Below, piece by piece: positions 51,247 to 64,000 of a stretch of DNA of 64,000 bases. This DNA is from Octopus vulgaris. Taxonomy: Eukaryota. The notes under the pieces are model-generated. The model saw only the letters and a list, made by a program, of their open reading frames with translations, had not been told where the DNA came from and ran no database searches. Each line of letters starts with the position of its first letter. Positions within the stretch are counted from its first letter, which is position 1. A program made the position numbers and the translations under genes. The DNA lies in assembly GCA_951406725.2 (NCBI GenBank), contig OX597824.1, positions 22,010,001 to 22,074,000 of the forward strand. Direction: 5' to 3'.

Positions 51247-53440
51247 CAACTATGTATATTAATTTTTTAAATTTTCGTTTTATATTTGAGGGTGGGGTGC
51301 AGAAAAACGGTGGGAATTGTTAGTGTTTTATTTCATTTATTTCTATTTTTTAATTTGTTTTTGAAATATGATGAGTTATTTTATATATAAAAACTGTTGT
51401 TTCTTTAATGAAACCTGCTGATTCAGTGCAGAGCAGCAGAATGAAAGCAAAACAGATGAAGAGAAAATGAACTGAACTGACAGTATTTTATTCAGCTTGT
51501 TGTTGTTATTTATTTAGTTTGTTGTTGTTGTTGATGGTGGTGTCGGTGTTGCATTCACTACTGACACAGCAGTCAAAAGAGAAAAAGAAAAAAAAATTAG
51601 AACAATAGAAAAAAACCAAAAAAGATACATGGAAACAGATATGTCCTTGTAGTTCCCAAATGTCTATAAAAGAGACACTGAACTAAGTTGATTCCAACGT
51701 GAAGAGATACATGAACTAAAATATTAGTAAAAAGAAAATAAGGAAAGCAAAGTCTTGAAGTATAAAACTAAAAACACTTGTTTTGCCTTGAAGCAGGAAG
51801 ACATTGGTGGGGTAGGGGGTGGGAGCTGAGAAGGAGAAAAAAAAAACACAGAAAATTCTGTAATATCTCAAAAATAAATCTCAAGTAAAATATAATAGAA
51901 TAGAATTTAAATGCTAGTGGAAATAATCAAATCTCTACAAATTAAAACTAATTTCCTGCACTGAATACACACACAAAAAAAAAAAAACTACCCCGAAAAG
52001 AAAAACAAAAACAATAATGAAAATACTTAAAACAATAAAAACCAACCGAAGAGATTGAAGTAAATATTAATATTAATATTACATCATATTTATGTTATTT
52101 TTGGATAATATCTAAAGAGACATAACACAGTGGTGGTGGTGGTGGTGGTACTGGTGGTGGTGGTGGTGGTGATAGGTGGCGACGGTGTGGGTGGATAGGT
52201 GGAGATAGGAAACGACGATGACGATGCACCAAGGCAGCAAATAGAAAATGTCAATACATTTTCATGCTGAATCAGGAAAATAAATGAATGAATCAGTGAA
52301 ATAAATGGAGACTGACAATGACAGTGGGGAGACCATTTAAGCATTCATAAGAAAATAACTTAACGTCTAGACATCAAATCAAAAGATTGGAGCCGACGAA
52401 AATTTCTTATTTCGACCATTTTATAATCCTGTATTAACAATGGAAATTTAACATTAAAGAAATTTTAAGTCTATGAAAGATTGAAAGATATAATACTATC
52501 AAAGTCACTGAAATATATGCTTAAGCAAACTAAATGTTTCTCTCCTCCACCACTGCATCACTGTTATCATCATGTTGGCATCCAATTTTCCATAAAAGCA
52601 TGAGACAGACAAATCTCAATGAGATAAGCTTTTTAGGGTTGATTGCCCTTTCAAGTACCAACCTTCATTTGTTTCCATTCAAGAGCCTATGTCTCCTAGG
52701 TTTTCAGGCACCAAAAACCCAGGCATGATTTCACAGCAGATGCAGATAAAAACCAATATTTATACAATGGTAACATCGTTTAATTGATAAACAAACAATG
52801 CCAAGACAATGGGTAGACAAAAACATACACACACACACACACACAGTGGTTGGTGTCAGGAAGGGCATCAAACTGTAGAAACAGACCATTTCAAAACAAA
52901 CAATGGAACCTGGTATTGCCAGCTCCTGTCAAACTGTCCAACCCATACCAGCAAAAAGAAGGGATATCAAATGATGATGATGATATGTGTGTGTATAGAT
53001 AAATGTGTGTGTATATCCATACATATATATGTGTATACATGTGTGTGCATGTGTATATATGTATATGCACATATGTATATTTGTATATATATATGTGTGT
53101 GCTTGTATATATGTAGATATATATATTTATAATAGTATAAAATACAATTAAAATTAAGGGCACAGAGATTTCTATGCCTATATGCTGAAGACAGATGCTA
53201 AGTCTGTCTAACCACTTCAAAATATCACTTTATAATTTACACGTGTTGAGTTGTCAAACATTTGAACCAAATTTTCTCAAAACAACTTGTCCAACCATCC
53301 CATAGGCCTCCCCTTTGAGAAACACTGATTTAACCAAAATTTGAGACACCAGCAAAAGAAGAAATAAAGATAGATTTTTTTTCTATTCCAAAGAAAAACG
53401 ATTTTATTCACACAAATATGCAACTTAAGAGTTTAAAATA

Positions 53441-53617
53441 CCAGTAATGATAAGGCTGTTGACTGGGAGAACACAATCGATTTTTGTAATTTTTTCAAGA
53501 CTTATAATCGCCCTGATACCGTCAGTATCTACATATCAAATTTGAGTGCAATCGAATGGAGGATGCCCAAGATCCTAGAAGACACACAGACAGACAGAAC
53601 GGATTTTATATAATAGA
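53441..53617 (-). mobile_element. Short non-autonomous Helitron (degenerate)
   Basis: Minus strand starts A|TCTATTATATAAAATCC, has a (TGTC)n tract and ends CTGG|T. Confidence 0.6.
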
Positions 53618-53699
53618 TATTATGGATTTTCATACCATTCTCAGTCAAACAGAGCCATGTACAATGTAAGCACTATCTTGAGACCAAGGACACATAGAG

Positions 53700-53910
53700 C
53701 TTGGTAACCCAATTTCCATGGCATACAAGTTACTGAGATCACAACATGGCCTTTGAACAGGATACCAGTCTGTCGCAGGGTCAATCATTCATAGATGAGT
53801 TGGCTGAAGCAATTTGAAATGAAGTGTTTTGCTCAAGAACACAACACTCTGGGAATTGAAACTGTTGATCTGGTGACTATGAGTGCAACACCCCAATCAT
53901 TAGGTCATAT
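53700..53910 (-). mobile_element. SINE family F relative
   Basis: GAAATGAAGTGTTTTGCTCAAGAACACAAC and a tRNA-like head on the minus strand. Confidence 0.6.
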
Positions 53911-54499
53911 GCTTTCACCCCACCCATGATAGAAAGATATGTAAATCCCTGCTCTCCCATGAGGATTACAGCCTATTATGGTTATTCATGTTATTCATAC
54001 AGACTCATATGTATCCTGACACCAAATTGATCGCCCTGCCTACCTCCATCCCATTCCAACGGGAAATCCACACATTACAGAATGTCAACTATCTGACGCC
54101 AGCATTTGGCTGACCAAACCATGTGCAGTATTCATTGGAAAGAGCTGATATCCTAGAAATATCACGTCTGGGCAGAATGCTGACAAAGTGAGGCCAACAT
54201 CATGTCTGCTCGACAACTTGAACCTACAAATAAAAGTAATTGATGTCATTTAATGTCAAAAACAAAACCATATAAACACATGTGTATGTGTGTGTGTGTG
54301 TGCGTGTGTGAGTGTGCAGTCACACACATATATGTATTACAACATATGAATATATTGATATCCATTCATATGTATACACATATGAATACATATTTGTAGA
54401 TACACATGTATATACACACATTTATATATACATTTATGTTTTATATATATATGTATGTGTATATATACATATATATATATATATAGAGAGAGATGTATG

Positions 54500-54534
<35 letters not shown>

Positions 54535-54584
54535 AAGTAAGTATATATGCATATATATATATAAGTACGTATGTTTATATATAT

Positions 54585-54617
<33 letters not shown>

Positions 54618-54766
54618 TATGTATAAGTAAGTATATATGCATCATCATCATCGTTTAATGTCCCTTTTCCATGCTAGCACGGGTTGTATATATAAGCATA
54701 TATGCTTATATATATATTTACATACATATATATATTTACATACATACATATGTATATATAGGTATG

Positions 54767-54818
<52 letters not shown>

Positions 54819-54840
54819 TAAGTATATGAGCTTACACACA

Positions 54841-54873
<33 letters not shown>

Positions 54874-54888
54874 TAAGTATATGAGCTT

Positions 54889-54920
<32 letters not shown>

Positions 54921-55252
54921 GCCATACATGCATATACATCTCATGGACTCTCCCGTTGGTTTTGTTCAACTAGTGCTTCATGTGTCGAAGCATTGGACCT
55001 ACTTACTCAAATTTACTCAATGCATCTTAGTATTAAGTGGCTAAGTATCTCAATGACACTTGTACTCTTAACATAAATTCTTAGGCTTAATCAACATGAC
55101 AATGCAAGACAAGGTGTACATGCATGCGTGTGCAGTGCTTGTTGTTTGTGCCATATTATGGCTTCGTGCTGCTGTCCAAGAATTGCAACAAACAAATCTT
55201 CTTCAGAATTTCCCAGTGGTTAAGGAAGCGAAAAACTACACACATCCATTTT

Positions 55253-55292
<40 letters not shown>

Positions 55293-55299
55293 TCTTTTA

Positions 55300-55678
55300 T
55301 GCTTTATCTTTTATTTGTTTCAGTCTTTGGACTGTGGTCATACTGGGGCACTGCCTGGAAGGGTTTTAGTTTAACGAATTGATCTTGATACTTGTGTATT
55401 TATTTATTTATTTATTTTTTATTCATGCCTAGCACTTGTTCCCTTTGTGAGTTCCCTTCATGTGTTCTGCTGAACTATTAAGTTTCAGGGATATGAACAA
55501 ACCAGCACGACTTTTCAAGTGGTGGTGGAAGACAAATACAAACACAAAGACATATATATATACAAATACACACACACACACACACACATTTATATATACA
55601 CATACATATAATATGTATATATATATACATATATATGTATACAAGGAGATATATATGTGTGTGTGAGTGTGTGTGTGG

Positions 55679-55712
<34 letters not shown>

Positions 55713-56195
55713 ACATGCAACATATACATATATACATACATATATATACATAAATACACACACACGCATATATATATATGTATACAAAGACATATATATT
55801 TATATATATGTGTGTGTATATATATGCGTACATGCAACATATACATAAATACAAACACACACATACATATATATATATATACAAGGACATATATATATGT
55901 ATGTGTGTGGATATATATATATGTGCATATATATGTGTATATATATGTGTACATGCAACATATACATATATACATAAACATATATACATAAATACACACA
56001 CACACAAACACACACATACAAATATGACAAGCTTCTACACAGTTTCCGTCTACCAAATTCATTCACATGGCACTTGTTGGCATCCTAGAGCTTATAGTGC
56101 AACAGAAGAAGACACTTGCCCAAGGTGCCGCACAGTGGGATTGAACCCAGAACCATACAAATACAAAGTGGACTTCTTCAACCACACAGCCATGC
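55300..56195 (-). mobile_element. SINE family A with its internal microsatellite expanded to ~480 bp
   Basis: 3' half at 55300-55545, 5' half at 56025-56195, TA/CA tract between them. Confidence 0.75.
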
Positions 56196-56711
56196 CCACG
56201 ACTACATCAGCGTTCAAAAATAGAAAATTTATGGTCTGGCAATTTGGATGAATTTAGCAACAGCCAAAATCTGTTGCATGCTTTTGAACCAGGTCACAAA
56301 AGTCTGAGAGAAAAAAACTCAATATATTGATAAGCTACATCCTTCTGCAGTAAGCCATGAGTCATGGATTCCAATTCCCTTTTCAATCCACTAGTTCTGA
56401 ATGCCTCCCAAAGATTTTAGACACAGTACACCACTAACTGGCCGAGACATGATAGTTCGTGTTTTTCTTCAAACAGACTCCTTGCTGTTTACTCCTGCTT
56501 CTTTCTGTGTTGTATTTGTGTGTGCTTGGGCATAATTTTCACTTTGGTAAATAGCATCTCAAGTGTTATAAATTAGGACTGTATGCTAGAAGACTGCGTA
56601 ATTTATTTGTGTGATAGATGACTATAAACTACTGAGATGAAAGTGAAAACAGGAATTATGGGGTTTCTATATACAATGCCAATATTCCCAAATTTATATA
56701 TATGTATATAC

Positions 56712-56992
56712 GTGGAGGCGCAATGGCCCAGTGGTTAAGGCAGTGGACTCGCGGTTTCAATTCCCAGACCGGGCGTTGTGTGTGTTTATTGAGTGAAAAC
56801 ACCTAAAAAAGCTCCATGAGGCTCCAGCAGGGGATGGTGATCCCTGCTGTACTCCTTCACCACTCTTTCTCTCACTCTTTCTTCTGTTGGCCTGCTCACT
56901 TAGCCAGCGGGGTGGCGTCATTCGAAGGCTAAAACAATGCATTGTGACCAGCGATGTGTAGCAACATCTGATGGTCTGGTCGGTCACGTGAT
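56712..56992 (+). mobile_element. SINE family C with CACGTGAT tail
   Basis: Head as at 34833; the tail ends GGTCGGTCACGTGAT(AT)n. Confidence 0.85.
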
Positions 56993-57094
56993 ATATATAT
57001 AATAATAATAATAATTATTTGAGGGAATATTAATCCTAACTTACAGGGAAAAAATTCAATTTAGAAATACTAAATCAAATTTCACACAATATAA

Positions 57095-57386
57095 TATATA
57101 TATATATAAAATTAGAAAAAAACCCACCTTTTATCAATTCAAAATGAACAATTAAATTACACCATCTAGAAAATTACATATAATAGAAATATTAAAATTA
57201 AAATAACAATAAAATACCAATGATTAAGTAAATTGCAAAAAAATAATAAAAGCGTCTATAATTAGTATTTTATTATTATTTTAATTTTAATATTTCTATT
57301 ATATGTAATTTTCTAGATGGTGTAATTTAATTGTTCATTTTGAATTGATAAAAGGTGGTTTTATTTCTAATTTTATATATATATAT
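57095..57386. repeat. Near-perfect inverted repeat, ~125-bp arms, ~40-nt spacer
   Basis: 57095-57221 pairs with 57261-57386. Confidence 0.9.
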
Positions 57387-57492
57387 ATAAATTTATATAA
57401 ATAAGGAGAAGATCATTAATTTAAATATCGATCTTATCAAGTGGCCAGCATGGGAATAAAAACCTTCAAAGGTAATAATTTTTATTAAAATC

Positions 57493-57672
57493 ATAATTTG
57501 GGGTATCAAAGAGATACCACCACGCTGGAAATATCAGCCAAAACTTGACACTAAAATCACATTAAATGTTCATACAGCACCAGGAGAGAAGCTACTGTAT
57601 GAACATTTAATGTGGTTTTAGATTCAAGTTTTGGCTGCTATTTCCAGCGTGGTGGTATCTCTTAGATACCCT

Positions 57673-57679
<7 letters not shown>
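57493..57679. repeat. Inverted repeat, ~85-bp arms, 17-nt spacer
   Basis: 57493-57577 pairs with 57595-57679. Confidence 0.9.
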
Positions 57680-57708
<29 letters not shown>

Positions 57709-57910
57709 CATATATATATATATATATATACACATATATATACATCTTTTATTTTTAACTTGTTTCAATCATTAGACTATGGTCGTGCTGGGACATCACC
57801 TGGAAGAATTTTAGTCAAATGAATTGACACCAGTAATTACATATAACACACAAATATACACATATATATAATACAAATATATATACATATACATTTTCAT
57901 AAATATACCT

Positions 57911-57951
<41 letters not shown>

Positions 57952-57999
57952 CACGCATATATACATACATACACCTAATTATTATACAAGCTTCTATTT

Positions 58000-58185
58000 A
58001 TACCTACCTACCTACCTAATCTATCTATCTACTTACCTTCTACCTACCTAATCTATCTATCTACTTACCTTCTACCTACCTAATCTATCTATCTACCTAC
58101 CTTCTACCTACCTACCTACCTACCTAATCTACCTACCTACCTACCTACCTACCTAATCTACCTACCTACCTACCTATCTATCTAT
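58000..58185. repeat. (CTAC/CTAT)n tract
   Basis: Direct reading of the sequence. Confidence 0.9.
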
Positions 58186-58197
58186 ATACATATATAT

Positions 58198-58293
58198 CAC
58201 GTGATCACGTGACCGACCAGACCATCAGATGTTGTTACACATCGCTGGTCACAATGCGTTCGCATTGTTTTAGCCTTCGAATGACGCCACCCC
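58198..58293 (-). mobile_element. Family C tail fragment
   Basis: Reverse complement of 56908-56992. Confidence 0.8.
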
Positions 58294-58727
58294 ACTTATA
58301 TATGCAATCACACACCAACACACACACACTGATATGAGTGAGTGTGTGTGTGTGTGTAGCTTTTAAATTTAGCTGTTTCATGCTGGCATGAGTTGGAGAG
58401 AGAGAGAAAGAGAGCGAGAAAGAATCATTCAAAGACAGAGGGAGTGGTCTTACTAGACATACATTTCTTCTGTATATTCTTATGTATATTTTGACATACA
58501 TTTCTCTTATGTATATTTTGACATATATTTTGACATACATGTTTTCTCCTTTGTCAAAAATTATAAATTTGTTCAGTTTAGTTTATAACTGAATTTAACA
58601 ACAGTGTAATCTTTCATTTCATGTTCACCCATTTCATTTATAATTTAACACCAGTTTTGCCACATAGTGATCTGCTCTGCTACAATTGCCATTCACATGT
58701 CTTCTTGTTTCAGAAAAACTTATTTAA

Positions 58728-58948
58728 CCCTTTGTGTTTAAGCCGGCCATATCCGGCCCAAATATCCTACATGTTTTTACATTCAAACTGGCCATATTTA
58801 GCCTCTCACACCTAACCTACATTGACATTTTAAGAATAAACTATCATACCATTGAAACTTCAAAGCTATAAGATAATGTATGATTAATTCAAAACGATTT
58901 GAGTGTAAAAAGTCTTACATTTAACAGAGTAATCTGAACACTAAAGGG
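58728..58948. mobile_element. piggyBac-type MITE
   Basis: TTAA-CCCTTTGTGTT...AACACTAAAGGG-TTAA. Confidence 0.85.
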
Positions 58949-59144
58949 TTAAACTGTTTTACATAATATGAATCCAACTTCAACCTAATTTTTTTTATAA
59001 ACAAAACCTGGTTAAACATTTTTTTTCTCTAGTAAAATAAAAGTTAAACAAGCAACAAACAGATAGCTTATAGGGTTAATTAATGTATTTTTTAGACTTT
59101 TTTGTGGACCCTCTCACACACATACATTTTTTTATATTCATTGC

Positions 59145-59305
59145 ACCACCTTCAAGAATGTTTTGTCAAATGAATAGACCTCAGTTCTTATTTGTTTTTA
59201 AGCCTGGTGCTTATTCAATCATTCTCTTTTGCCAAACCACTACGTTATGGGGACATAAACACAGCAACGCCGGTTGTCAAGTGGTAGTGGGGACAAACAT
59301 AAAGA

Positions 59306-59355
<50 letters not shown>

Positions 59356-59735
59356 CATATATAAGTTCATCAAAATTTAGATTCAGATGAATATGGTACT
59401 TAAGTTAAAGGCACCAGAAATTTGTATGGTATTATCCATATAAATCAAATGGGGTGACTATAATCAAAACAAGTACAATTGTTTCATGCTACTTCAGTGT
59501 TTAATAAAATGAAGTAGCATGAAACAATTGTACTACTCTACCTTGGATATCCTTGTTGCTTATTTGGATTATATATATATATATATATATGTATATACAT
59601 TTACTTCTTTCAGTTTCAGCTACCAGATCCACTTACAAGGCTTTAGTAGGTCTGGCTATAGTAGAAGACATTTATTTGCCCAAGGTGCCATGTAGTGGGA
59701 CTAAACCTAGAACCACGTGGTTGGGAAGCAAGCTT
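59145..59735 (-). mobile_element. SINE family A split by a ~200-bp insertion in its (TA)n
   Basis: Halves at 59145-59310 and 59603-59735; foreign sequence at 59362-59570. Confidence 0.7.
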
Positions 59736-60028
59736 CTTATTTCTTTATTGCCCACAAGGGGATAAACATAGAGGGGACAAACAAGGACAGACAAACAGGA
59801 GCACCCAGCATACTCTGTTAAGTGGTCAGCATTGGGAGGAGAATCCAGCCATAGAAGCCATGCCTCAACAGACAACTAAAGTCCGGCCAGCTCTATGTGA
59901 AACTGTCCAACCCATACCAGCATGGAAAGCGGATGTTAAATGATGATGATGAGACGATGATGATGATTTTCATTGGATTGACAGAATCATACAGCATCAA
60001 ACATAATGCTTTGTAATATCTAGATACA

Positions 60029-60428
60029 GATGCAGGAGTGGCTGTGTGGTGGTAAGTAGCTTGTTTACCAGTCACATGGTTCCAGGTTCAGTCCCACTGC
60101 GTGGCACCTTGGGCAGGTGTCTTCTACTATGGCCTCGGGCCAACCAAAGCCTTGTGAGTGGATTTGGTAGACGGAAACTAAAAGAAGCCTGTCGTATATA
60201 TGTATATATATATATATGTGTGTGTTTGTGTGTCTGTGTTTGTCCTCCCAACATCGCTTGACAACCGATGCTGGTTTGTTTACGTCCCCGTAACTTAGCG
60301 GTTCGGCAAAAGAGACTGATAGAATAAGTACTAGGCTTACAAAGAATAAGTCCTGGGGTCAGTTTGCTAGACTAAAGGCGGTGCTCCAGCATGGCCGCAG
60401 TCAAATGACAGAAACAAGTAAGAGAGTA
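60029..60428 (+). mobile_element. SINE family A, full length
   Basis: Same structure as 16464-16862. Confidence 0.9.
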
Positions 60429-61194
60429 TACAATACTCTACGTTCTAAGTTCAAATCTTGCCAGAGTGATCTTATGCTGTCAGCAACCTTTAAGGGTTAA
60501 TGAAATAAGGTCAAGTATTTGGGCTGAACTTATCAACTAGCCTTCCCCCCCCCCCCGCTTCAAAACTGCTGGCCTTAAGCCTATATTAGAAACAACACTT
60601 TGTGTGTGTGTGTGTGTGTGTGTGAGTGAATGGGGTGGGTGTGTAAGTAAGAGTAAGTAAGAGTTTATGCAACCTAGTAATTCAATGGCAGCGGTTACCG
60701 CATGGCAAAAACAGCAATTAACACAATCCAGAAAAAATAAGTGGTTTTTAGTGTGTTTATTCTGCTTTGCATTTCTAAACAAACACTTAATAAAGACGAT
60801 CATAACGTCTGAACAATCCTAGTTTAAGCAACTCTGAGAAGAAAGCTAAATTCAATACACACATACATACAGACATAAACACATGCACATATGCATTTAT
60901 ACATGTATAAAGCAATGTCAGACAGATAAAGCAATGTCATGGTGTCAGTACAGCTTCGGTCGTAGAGCAAAATGGTGCGAAAGTTTGCAATAAAGAAGTA
61001 GCCGTGTAAATGGATAGACTAAGACACAATGTCCAGCATGGGGTGGGGGGAGAAAAGTACTATAGAAAGAGGAAAAGGAAGAGAGGAAACTAGAGAGAAA
61101 ATCTATGTATGTCCAACAAAGGACATTGTCTGGAGATATCAGATACTAACTGCAACTGTTTGTAGTCAGTCGTCATGGATCTATCAACATATAG

Positions 61195-61645
61195 ATGTGT
61201 GTGTATGCCTGTGTGTGCGTGTGTGTGTGTGTGTGTGTGTAAAGTATGTATATTTATGTGCATATAGACATGTGCATATATTTATATGTATATATATACA
61301 TATATATACACATATATATATATACACATATATATACATATATATACACATATGTATACATATATATATATACATATAAATACACATATATACATACATA
61401 CATATACATATATATACATACATATACATACATACATATACATATACATATATACAGATATACATATACATATATACATATATATATATACATATACATA
61501 TATACAGATATACATATACATATATACAGATATACATATACGTATATATACATATATATATATATACATATGCATATATACATATGCATATATACATATA
61601 TATATATATACATATATATACATATATATATATACATATATATAC

Positions 61646-61677
<32 letters not shown>

Positions 61678-61690
61678 ATGTATATATACG
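61195..61690. repeat. (TG)n/(TA)n/(TATACA)n compound microsatellite
   Basis: Direct reading of the sequence. Confidence 0.95.
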
Positions 61691-62175
61691 TCAATGAACA
61701 GGAAGATGTGAGAAAGCCGACCATCAGAAATTAATGTACAACAACTATAATAATAACAATAACAACAGCAATAACAACAATAATAACAACAACATTCACA
61801 ATTATGATCTAGATAAAGCAGGAACTGTTGGAGAGTAAGAATACAGGAATATAGTATATAGTTGTATTTAAATACACACACACTTGGTGAGATTTTCACA
61901 GGCAGTCTGTCCGTCCGGCCCTTTGATGCAGAGAATGGCAGGTTTTTAAGAAGAGGTTGTGTGTTCAGACAGACATGAGAACAAAAGTCACAGACAAAAA
62001 AACAAAAACAAAAAAAACCCAAAAAAACAAAAAAACAAAACAAAAGGGAAAGTCAAGGAAAAGAAATAACCCGGTTAGAAGAATGCTTTTCATCACAATC
62101 TGCTGAAGCAGGACTAAACAATAACACAGATGTGAAGTGCAGACCTTATTCACCTCGTATGAATTTTATGTAATA

Positions 62176-62577
62176 CTAGCAGTATCGCCCCGGCGTTGCT
62201 CGGGTTTGTAAGGGAAATAACTATATAAGCATTTTTAGAGATGTAAAGTATAATAGCCATCTCAATATGGCTAACCACAAAGGGGGGGAGGTGTTACTGT
62301 AGCTTTTTACGTTCTGAGATTTAATAATAAATTTTTAGAGAGTTTACTTCCCTTATATATGCCAAAAATGCATTAAAAATGGGAAAAATTGATGGTAAAT
62401 TTTTTTTTTTAATCGTAGAATCATCGTAGACATGCGCTAATACCCAGAAGGGCTCGATATGAATCACGACTATAAGATACCCGGTTTTGGTTAAACTGCA
62501 CCGCAAAATGTGGGAGTAGTTAGGAATCTAAATCGTAGGAGACAGACAGCACACAACCTCTCTTTTATATATAAAGA
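62176..62577 (-). mobile_element. Non-autonomous Helitron, intact termini
   Basis: Minus strand: 5' end A|TCTTTATATATAAAAG, GC hairpin CCCGAGCAACGCCGGG just before CTAG|T, inserted at an AT site with no TSD. Confidence 0.85.
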
Positions 62578-62682
62578 TTTTATCTTTTGTTTATTTCGTT
62601 CATTGGACTGCAGCCATGCTGTGGGGGTGGAGGGCAATGCTTTGATAGGTGTTAATTGAAGAAATCAATGCCAGTACTTCTT

Positions 62683-62845
62683 CATCATCATCATCATTGT
62701 TTAACGTCCTTTTCCATTCTGACATGGGTTGGACGGTTTGACTGAGGTCTGGAGAGCCAGCACCTGCACCAGGCTCCAATCTGATCTGGTAATGTTTCCA
62801 TAGCTGGATGCCCTTCCTAACGTGCTTTTTACACGCCACCAGCAC
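62683..62845 (-). mobile_element. Family D fragment
   Basis: (CAT)n tail and GCTGGATGCCCTTCCTAACG. Confidence 0.75.
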
Positions 62846-62847
62846 AG

Positions 62848-63103
62848 GATCAATAAATTAAGTACCAGTTGTATACTGAGGTAGATCTAATCGACTGGCC
62901 CCTACCTCCCGCTAAATTTCGGGCCTTGTACCTAGAGTAGAAAAGACTATTTAAGGCGGTGAGCTGGCAGAATCGTTAGCGCGTTGGATGATATGCTAAG
63001 CGGTATTTCGCCTGTCACTACGATCTGAGTTCAAATTCCGCCGAGGTCGACTTTGTCTTTCTGCCTTTTGGGATCAATAAAATAAGTACCAGTTATGCAC
63101 TGC
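62848..63103 (+). mobile_element. SINE family B copies
   Basis: A 3' half followed by a new head at 62953. Confidence 0.75.
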
Positions 63104-63624
63104 TGACTTACAAACACATTAAGACCTCATTTACAATAATCAGTCCCCTCCGACAAAATTTCAGGGCCTTGTGCCTATAGCAGAAAGGACTATGATACGT
63201 TACACTGTAAATATATAAAACCCGACCATGATGATGATGATGATGATGATTATGATGAGTAGGAGAGTCATTATCATTATCATGATCATCATCATCATTG
63301 TAAATGAGGTCTTAATGTGTTTGTAAGTCAGGAGTTTTTGTATTAAACAATGAATTTATTTTAAAGACCATGCCTCTTTCACGAATGCATAGTTTCCATA
63401 CATTCCTTTCCCAGCCAAGCATAAACTAAATGGAGTTGGAGTATTCTTAATGGTATTACTAACAATGTTAGATAATAAAAAGAAAAACCACCACCATCTC
63501 CAAACCCCACCACCACCACCGTGCCGCCACCCCCATCCCCATCGCCGCCACCACTACATCACATATGGTTCTACATATACAAAGTTCTGAAGGCTCTTAT
63601 TTTCAATCGGTTAAGCGAGACATG

Positions 63625-63884
63625 TTTTACTTGTTTCTTAATCATTAGACTGTGTCCTAGCTGGAGTACCACCTCAAAGAATTTTTAGTTGGATGAATCG
63701 ACCCCCACCCCACCCCAATACTTGTTTTTGTTTTTTTTAAGCTTGTTACTTATTCTGCTGGTCTCTATTACTGAACTGCTAAGTTACAGGGATGTAAACA
63801 CACCAACACTGGTTGTCAAGTGGTACTGCAGTACAAAAACAGGCACAAAGACATGCACACAAAGGTACATACATATGTGTGTAT

Positions 63885-63900
<16 letters not shown>
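63625..63900 (-). mobile_element. SINE family A, 3' half (older copy)
   Basis: CTAAGTTACAGGGATGTAAACACACCAACACTGGTTGTCAAG. Confidence 0.65.
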
Positions 63901-63963
<63 letters not shown>

Positions 63964-64000
63964 CACACACTCATATATATACATACATATATATATATAT

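Noticed and set aside
53310-53327. hAT/Charlie-like terminus (CAGTGTTTCTCAAA on the minus strand)
   Set aside because: No partner TIR or 8-bp TSD was found.

Overview
AT-rich, repeat-saturated eukaryotic (animal) DNA that looks intronic or intergenic. No intact protein-coding gene is supported, and nearly all track ORFs are translations of microsatellites ((TA)n, (TACA)n, (CA)n, (TAA)n, (CAT)n, (GAAA)n, (GATA)n, (GGT/ACC)n). The repeat landscape resembles an octopus/coleoid genome (inference, not checked). It holds dozens of tRNA-headed SINEs in several families, RTE-type (GAT)n-tailed elements, a decayed R4/Dong LINE end inside (TAA)n, a mellifera-type mariner fragment, piggyBac-type TTAA MITEs and two non-autonomous Helitrons. 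The main highlight is a set of Penelope-like (Naiad-type) retroelement ends embedded in (TA)n tracts. Two of them carry complete type I hammerhead ribozymes whose stem I covaries between copies (23412-23493 and 47370-47456, minus strand), and the second lies downstream of a GIY-YIG C-terminal CxxC...CxH coding remnant. Several long fold-back hairpins sit in the same (TA)n niche. Family letters A-G are my own labels, and repeat boundaries are approximate unless termini are quoted.
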